Source of the DNA: Blastocystis sp. Blastoise
Lineage: Eukaryota; Protista; Bigyra: Opalinata
DNA length: 64,000 nt
Direction of reading: 5' to 3'
Assembly (NCBI GenBank): GCA_039096225.1
Contig: JBBPEB010000017.1
Span: forward strand, 930,001-994,000
Shown here: positions 55,701-64,000 of the stretch, piece after piece
Layout: every line of letters begins with the position of its first letter
Numbering within the stretch: position 1 is the stretch's first letter
Program-made: the position numbers and the translations under genes
Notes under the pieces: generated by a model
Told to the model about the DNA's origin: nothing
The model's database searches: none
What the model saw: only the letters and a program-made list of their open reading frames with translations

Positions 55701-58700
55701 TATGAACGATTAAATTGTATATTATTAAATACTCAAGAAGATATGAAATGGACTCCATCTATAAATAGAAAATGCTTTTATACATATCCACATATACAAT
55801 CTTATTCTATTTATTTATTATCAATATATAAACCAAAAGAAGATAACTATTATAGAATACAAATGAGTCAACTAGAATTTTATATGTTTAATGAGAATTC
55901 TATTCTTATTCCTGAATTAACATATTCTTTGAATCCTATTATTGGATATATAGGAATAGATATATCTACTTCTTATCCTACTGATTATTATATATCATTC
56001 AGTATTATAGAAGGAACATTACCAAAAGGATTATCTTTAAATACATATACAGGTATTATTGTAGGTATACCTTCAGAAACTACAGAAAATACTACTATTA
56101 TTATACAAGGAAGAGATATTCGAAATGAATATAAGAATACTACATTAACTATACAAATATATTCATGTATATCTCCAAATATATTATTTAAATCGTATTT
56201 CTCTACATCTTGGGATGCACCTTCTAATACTATGTCCTATTATATTCAAGATAGAGAAACAAAACAAATTATTGGTAATTATACTCAATTAACACGAATA
56301 ACAAATAGTGCTTTTCCTTTATGTCTCATGACATTTGATTATTCAATTATTTTAGTTACTAGAGATAATAATGGCTGGCTTTCTTCTTCTGTTTCTATAC
56401 TATTAAAAGATGGTACGAGTGTATTCACAGGCACATTGTCTCCTTCAGAATATAAAAATGAATATTTCTTTTCTATTTATAATGTAGTATTACCTAATGA
56501 AATACAATGGACTTATTATGATGATACTTTAACTCATAATCCTCTTCCATATGATTGGATGAAGATAGATTATCAACCAATAGGATGGAAGACAGGAACT
56601 ATATTGAATATGTCTCCACAACAAGGTATAACTCAATATTATCGAATGAATTATTATATTACTACATTACAGAATATAGCTGTTGTCTCCTATACAATAA
56701 CATTAAGAGGTGGTTGTATATTATATATAAATGGAAAGGAAGCATTTCGATATGGATTAGAAAAAACTATTATAACTCGTGATACAATATCAATATTTGA
56801 TCCTTATATACCTGAAACAGTAGGTGGAAGTATTCATTTACAATTAAGTCCTGTATCTATAAATATAGGAAATAATACTATAGCTATAGAGATACATCGT
56901 GGTAAACGTATATTTGATGATAGTATATTTAGTGCTAGTTTGGTACCTATATTAAAAGATATACGTAATCAGAAGAATGGCTATGGATATACTGGCTTTT
57001 TAGATGAAAATGAAGGAAATAGATTAGCTAATGCATTTGATAATAATAAGAATACTGTATATAAATATAGATCACAATGTGTTGGTGTTTCTATTTCATA
57101 TATTTATAATAATCAAATACAAGAATATATTAATCGATATTCTATAAGTAATTCTTATGTGTGTAATATATATACTCCTTCAGGATGGACATTAGAAGGT
57201 TCTAATGATGATATTAATTATACTATTATACATAAAACAAGTAAACAATATTTTACATATCAATATGAAGAGAAATCTTATTCTATTATTAGTGATATTC
57301 CTTATAATAGATATAGATTAACTATTGATGAATGTGAAAATAATTATCTTGAAAATGATGAAAAATCTTTATGTACTTCAGAATTAGCTGCACAAGTATC
57401 TGAATTCTCATTGTTTACAGGACTTGTTAATAATTATTGTACATCAGTTGATGGATATCCTTCTGTTTATTATGGAGAATATTCATATAAATCTTGTGGA
57501 TTATTTTATACAGGTCAAAAGAAACGACTCTGTTCAGATAAAGGTATTTGGAGTAATGAAGATAATAAGAATTGTATTTTATCTCCTCCAACTATATTTA
57601 ATTATGAACAATCTATCTATCTATTATATGCTTCTGAATCTATTTCTATAAATGTTCCTTTCATAGATGCTCTCTATATGAATTTCACTAGTTCTCCTTC
57701 TCTTCCTTCTTCTTTCTCATTAAATACAGTTACTGGTGTTATTACTAGTGTTCCTTCTTCTACTTATATTCCTCTTACACAATATACTATAACTGCTTCT
57801 TCTAGTCATTATAATACTACTATATCAACAAAACTCTATATATCTGTTGCCACAGAAATGAATCGTGATTTTTGTAAAGAAGATGATGTATGGTCAAGAA
57901 CCTATCAAGGAAATACTACTACTATCGATTGTCCTTCTGGATTTAATGGTTATTATCAACGATCCTGTATTCCTCCTTCAACTCCGAATGGAATTCCTTC
58001 TTGGTCTTCTATTGAGAATCATTGTGTTTTATCTTCTAATTATATAGTTTTATCCTATCCACATTCATCTTATGTATTTGTATTGAATCGAACTGTATCT
58101 GTTAAACCTATAATAACTTCAGGTATCGTTGAGAAATGGTCTATTACTCCTTCTTCTCTTCCTAATGGTCTTCTATTTAATAATGGAATTATTTCAGGAA
58201 TACCTTTAGTATATACAGAAAAGAATAATTATACAATAAAAGCAGAAGGTCAATATAATAATGTTACTATTCTATTTATAATAAGTACTGATACTTATTT
58301 ATGTTTTGAAGATGGTGAATGGCCTCCAGCTAGATATAATACAGATAATTATTTACCTTGTCCTGATGGATATATAGGTATACGAGAACGAAGATGTTTA
58401 GATTCTACATCTTCAAAGAATTTTTATGTAACAGAAGATGGATATACTGCTATAAAATGGGATCAAGAACATTATAATTGTAAATTAAAATCTCCTTCTA
58501 TTTCTATGACTCCTTCTTATATACAAGCAGTGATTAATTCTGAATTATATCCTATTACTCCATTATGTATAGGTATATGTACTTCATGGTCTATTATTCC
58601 TTCTCTTCCTGAAGGACTTATTATGAATATAACTACAGGTACTATCACAGGTATACCTAAATCTCCTTATTCTGAATCTATTCATATGATTATTGCTTCA

Positions 58701-59882
58701 AATAATGATAATTATTCATATATACCTATATCTATAACAGTAATCAATCCTCAATGTCCTGCAGAAGGTCGTTTTCCTGCTACAAATAAAGGAGAAACAG
58801 TCACTTTAGATTGTGGAGATCTATATAAAGAAGGTTCTATTACACGAATATGTAGTAATGATTATATACCCAAGTGGACTAATATGTCAGATACGTGTAT
58901 ATATAAAACACCTGTAGTTACTTATCCTATTACCTATATTGTAGCTTATATACAAGACCCATTAATAGGAATATCTCCTAATATTCAGAATTATATTAAT
59001 TCATGGACTGTGACTCCTGATTTCCCCACGGGAATCACATTGAATACGAAAAGTGGAGTTATTGAAGGAACACCTACTATATTATCATCTTTAAAAACTT
59101 ATAAAATAACTGCAAGTAATCCAGATAAACAAATGAGTATAGATATACAACTACTGATTCGAGAACATACATGTAAAGAAGAAAATGATTGGCCAGAAAC
59201 TTCTATTGGTCAAACAGCTTATTTATTATGTACTTCTATTCGAACTTCTTATAGAACACGTGAATGTGTTCGTAATGGAGTTTCTGCTTTATGGTCCAAT
59301 GAAAATAGAACACGTTGTTTATTACCTTCTTCTTCTCCTTCGTCTTCTTATGTATATATTGAATATACTATATATATATCAGGAATAAGAAGTGAATCGA
59401 TTCAAGGAAAACAAATTTATATATTATTACATACATTAGATAATTATTTATCTGTTTATTCTATTCCTTCTTCTCATATATGGATTACATCATTAGAAGA
59501 TATATATCTTAATGTGAATGAGAATCATAAGATTCGTATGATTATTCGTATTATGGATATTGAGAACGAAGTAGAGAAATGGAAGGATACTATATATCAT
59601 TATCTTATTAATGAATATAAAGATACAAATAATGATATTCAAGTATTATTATCTGATTGTACAATCACTAGTAATTATGATGACATACATATTATAGAAA
59701 ATACCAGTAATGGTTCTTTAGTATTTATTATTATCGGTAGTGTAATAGGAATAACAGTATTCATTATTGTCGGATATTTTATGTATAATTATTGTAAATA
59801 TCATATATTTAATAATAGTTATAATCGTAAGGTATATAAAGATATATATATCAAACAAGGTTTATTGATGTCTGTTCATTAA
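52704..59882 (+). CDS. Large type I membrane surface protein: galactose-binding/F5-8C-like, He_PIG putative Ig and HRM-like repeats
   Basis: Signal-peptide exon MKINICLIVILLLMSLDQ, small exons, then a 6.4-kb exon. LPxGLSLxxxxGxIxGxP (He_PIG) occurs about 6 times. NAFDGLYTTKW and NAFDNNKNT are discoidin-like. WPxT..C...G...R.C repeats. TM is LVFIIIGSVIGITVFIIVGYFMY, followed by a short tail. Confidence 0.85.
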
Positions 59883-60360
59883 ATGATTTTTCTTTTTTTC
59901 TAGATTTCTTTTTACAAATGTATATATTTTATAATTTTCTGTAGATATTAAAATCTTATCTATTTATTTAGCTTGTAATCTGGTTTTATTTTTTAATATA
60001 TTTATTATAAAAGTCTTTGAGTACTGTTTACAATAGTATTCAAGCAAAATTTCATTTTTTTTTTCAATATTTTTTTTGATTTCTTACGAAGGATATCCAT
60101 GATTATATCTATTTTCTTGTTTTAAATTTTTGACATATTTTCTGGATATTTTTTTTATATTCGTGAATATTAAATTTTATTATTTATTTTCTATATTATT
60201 AATTGTTCATTTTTGTAAATATATGTATATAATAAGGAATAATTATTGTTTAGTTTTAGTTATATTATAATTGTTTTTAATGTATTTTCTTTTTATAAAT
60301 ATAATAAATATTGTGAATAATAATAATAATAATAAAATAATATTTGATAAAATAAAATAA

Positions 60361-60391
<31 letters not shown>

Positions 60392-60408
60392 TAATATTAA
60401 TATTTATT

Positions 60409-60547
60409 AAGGTTAGAATTTAAATTAAATATAAAATTATTGTTAGGGTTAGGGTTAATATAAAATAAGGGTTAAATTTTGAATATAAAATAGGTTAGGG
60501 GTTTAGTGGTTAGGGTTAAGGTTAATATAAAATAATTTATGGGTTAG
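60409..60547 (+). repeat. Degenerate telomere-like (TTAGGG) block in the 5S spacer, repeated in every unit
   Basis: GTTAGGGTTAGGGTTA, TAAGGGTTA and TAGGTTAGGGGTTTAGTGGTTAGGGTTAAGGTTA. Confidence 0.8.
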
Positions 60548-60572
60548 ATTTTTAATATAAAAAAATTTATAA

Positions 60573-60603
<31 letters not shown>

Positions 60604-60728
60604 AAAAAATTGAATAAATGAATATAAATGAATATAAATAAAATAATAAAAAAAAAGTAATAGAATAATTTATAATAAAAAGAATAATAGAATAAAATAG
60701 AATAATAATAAAAAGAATAATAATAGAA

Positions 60729-60847
<119 letters not shown>

Positions 60848-60889
60848 GAATATAATAGTATAATAATAAAATAATAATAAATATATCTT

Positions 60890-61008
60890 GAGAACGGCCA
60901 TATCAAGTGGACAACGCCCTAACCCGTCTGATCTAGGAAGCTAAGCCACTTCGAGCTAGGATAGTAGCGGTGTGGGGGACTCGCCGTGAAGTCCTAGTGC
61001 TGTTCTTT
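60890..61008 (+). rRNA. 5S rRNA copy 1
   Basis: GAGAACGGCCATA...CCCGTCTGATCT..GAAGCTAAGC...AGTA...TGGGGGAC...GTGCTGTTCTT. Helix I pairs, and a poly-T Pol III terminator follows. Confidence 0.97.
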
Positions 61009-61474
61009 TTTTATTTTTTATTTTTTATTTATTTTTTTATTCTTTTTATTTATTTATTATTCTTTTTATTATTAATATATTTATTATTATTATTATTATT
61101 AAATAACATTTTATTTATATATTATTATTATAAAAGAAAATTTTATTTAATTTTTTATTTTTATTTTTTTTTTCTCTCTTTCTTTTTTATTATTATTGTT
61201 TTGTAAACATATTAAATATTATGAATAATAGAATAATAATATTTGATAAAATAAAATAAAATAATTTAATTATATATATATATATATATATATTAATATT
61301 AATATTTATTAAGGTTAGAATTTAAATTAAATATAAAATTATTGTTAGGGTTAGGGTTAATATAAAATAAGGGTTAAATTTTGAATATAAAATAGGTTAG
61401 GGGTTTAGTGGTTAGGGTTAAGGTTAATATAAAATAATTTATGGGTTAGATTTTTAATATAAAAAAATTTATAA

Positions 61475-61505
<31 letters not shown>

Positions 61506-61631
61506 AAAAAAATTGAATAAATGAATATAAATGAATATAAATAAAATAATAAAAAAAAAGTAATAGAATAATTTATAATAAAAAGAATAATAGAATAAAA
61601 TAGAATAATAATAAAAAAAATAATAATAGAA

Positions 61632-61753
<122 letters not shown>

Positions 61754-61795
61754 GAATATAATAGTATAATAATAAAATAATAATAAATATATCTT

Positions 61796-61914
61796 GAGAA
61801 CGGCCATATCAAGTGGACAACGCCCTAACCCGTCTGATCTAGGAAGCTAAGCCACTTCGAGCTAGGATAGTAGCGGTGTGGGGGACTCGCCGTGAAGTCC
61901 TAGTGCTGTTCTTT
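61796..61914 (+). rRNA. 5S rRNA copy 2
   Basis: Identical to copy 1. Confidence 0.97.
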
Positions 61915-62379
61915 TTTTATTTTTTATTTTTTATTTATTTTTTTATTCTTTTTATTTATTTATTATTCTTTTTATTATTAATATATTTATTATTATTATT
62001 ATTATTAAATAACATTTTATTTATATATTATTATTATAAAAGAAAATTTTATTTAATTTTTTATTTTTATTTTTTTTTCTCTCTTTCTTTTTTATTATTA
62101 TTGTTTTGTAAACATATTAAATATTATGAATAATAGAATAATAATATTTGATAAAATAAAATAAAATAATTTAATTATATATATATATATATATATATTA
62201 ATATTAATATTTATTAAGGTTAGAATTTAAATTAAATATAAAATTATTGTTAGGGTTAGGGTTAATATAAAATAAGGGTTAAATTTTGAATATAAAATAG
62301 GTTAGGGGTTTAGTGGTTAGGGTTAAGGTTAATATAAAATAATTTATGGGTTAGATTTTTAATATAAAAAAATTTATAA

Positions 62380-62410
<31 letters not shown>

Positions 62411-62535
62411 AAAAAATTGAATAAATGAATATAAATGAATATAAATAAAATAATAAAAAAAAAGTAATAGAATAATTTATAATAAAAAGAATAATAGAAT
62501 AAAATAGAATAATAATAAAAAGAATAATAATAGAA

Positions 62536-62654
<119 letters not shown>

Positions 62655-62696
62655 GAATATAATAGTATAATAATAAAATAATAATAAATATATCTT

Positions 62697-62815
62697 GAGA
62701 ACGGCCATATCAAGTGGACAACGCCCTAACCCGTCTGATCTAGGAAGCTAAGCCACTTCGAGCTAGGATAGTAGCGGTGTGGGGGACTCGCCGTGAAGTC
62801 CTAGTGCTGTTCTTT
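62697..62815 (+). rRNA. 5S rRNA copy 3
   Basis: Identical to copy 1. Confidence 0.97.
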
Positions 62816-63272
62816 TTTTATTTTTTATTTATTTTTTTATTCTTTTTATTTATTTATTATTCTTTTTATTATTAATATATTTATTATTATTATTATTATT
62901 AAATAACATTTTATTTATATATTATTATTATAAAAGAAAATTTTATTTAATTTTTTATTTTTTTTTTTTTTCTCTCTTTCTTTTTTATTATTATTGTTTT
63001 GTAAACATATTAAATATTATGAATAATAGAATAATAATATTTGATAAAATAAAATAAAATAATTTAATTATATATATATATATATATATATTAATATTAA
63101 TATTTATTAAGGTTAGAATTTAAATTAAATATAAAATTATTGTTAGGGTTAGGGTTAATATAAAATAAGGGTTAAATTTTGAATATAAAATAGGTTAGGG
63201 GTTTAGTGGTTAGGGTTAAGGTTAATATAAAATAATTTATGGGTTAGATTTTTAATATAAAAAAATTTATAA

Positions 63273-63303
<31 letters not shown>

Positions 63304-63440
63304 AAAAAATTGAATAAATGAATATAAATGAATATAAATAAAATAATAAAAAAAAAGTAATAGAATAATTTATAATAAAAAGAATAATAGAATAAAATAG
63401 AATAATAATAAAAAGAATAATAATAGAATAATAATAAAAA

Positions 63441-63552
<112 letters not shown>

Positions 63553-63594
63553 GAATATAATAGTATAATAATAAAATAATAATAAATATATCTT

Positions 63595-63713
63595 GAGAAC
63601 GGCCATATCAAGTGGACAACGCCCTAACCCGTCTGATCTAGGAAGCTAAGCCACTTCGAGCTAGGATAGTAGCGGTGTGGGGGACTCGCCGTGAAGTCCT
63701 AGTGCTGTTCTTT
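63595..63713 (+). rRNA. 5S rRNA copy 4
   Basis: Identical to copy 1. Confidence 0.97.
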
Positions 63714-63969
63714 TTTTATTTTTTATTTTTTATTTATTTTTTTATTCTTTTTATTTATTTATTATTCTTTTTATTATTAATATATTTATTATTATTATTA
63801 TTATTAAATAACATTTTATTTATATATTATTATTATAAAAGAAAATTTTATTTAATTTTTTATTTTTATTTTTTTTTTCTCTCTTTCTTTTTTATTATTA
63901 TTGTTTTGTAAACATATTAAATATTATGAATAATAGAATAATAATATTTGATAAAATAAAATAAAATAA

Positions 63970-64000
<31 letters not shown>

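Overview
Very AT-rich, intron-dense eukaryotic DNA. The HRM/He_PIG surface-protein families, a TGTTTGTT 3' motif, an alpha-MPP gene and a minor-class intron suggest a Blastocystis-like stramenopile (inference). Genes: the 3' part of a giant intronless midasin-like AAA+/multi-vWA gene, RPF1, a divergent Rab-like GTPase, two giant Cys-rich surface proteins, a coiled-coil gene, cactin, alpha-MPP, a RING protein and an acidic Trp-motif adaptor. The window ends in a ~0.9-kb 5S rDNA tandem array whose spacers carry TTAGGG-like repeats. Structures not shown by the ORF track: (1) a 4.59-kb non-coding Mutator-like element (40870-45459) with identical 231-bp TIRs and a 9-bp TSD, carrying a spliced-looking leader, a ~2-kb (AAT)n satellite and a 67-nt tRNA-like fold; (2) a 193-bp hAT-type MITE with an 8-bp TSD; (3) a U12-type intron that keeps frame only with AT-AA ends; (4) a HIND (Hub1-binding)-like motif at the C-terminus of the RING protein.
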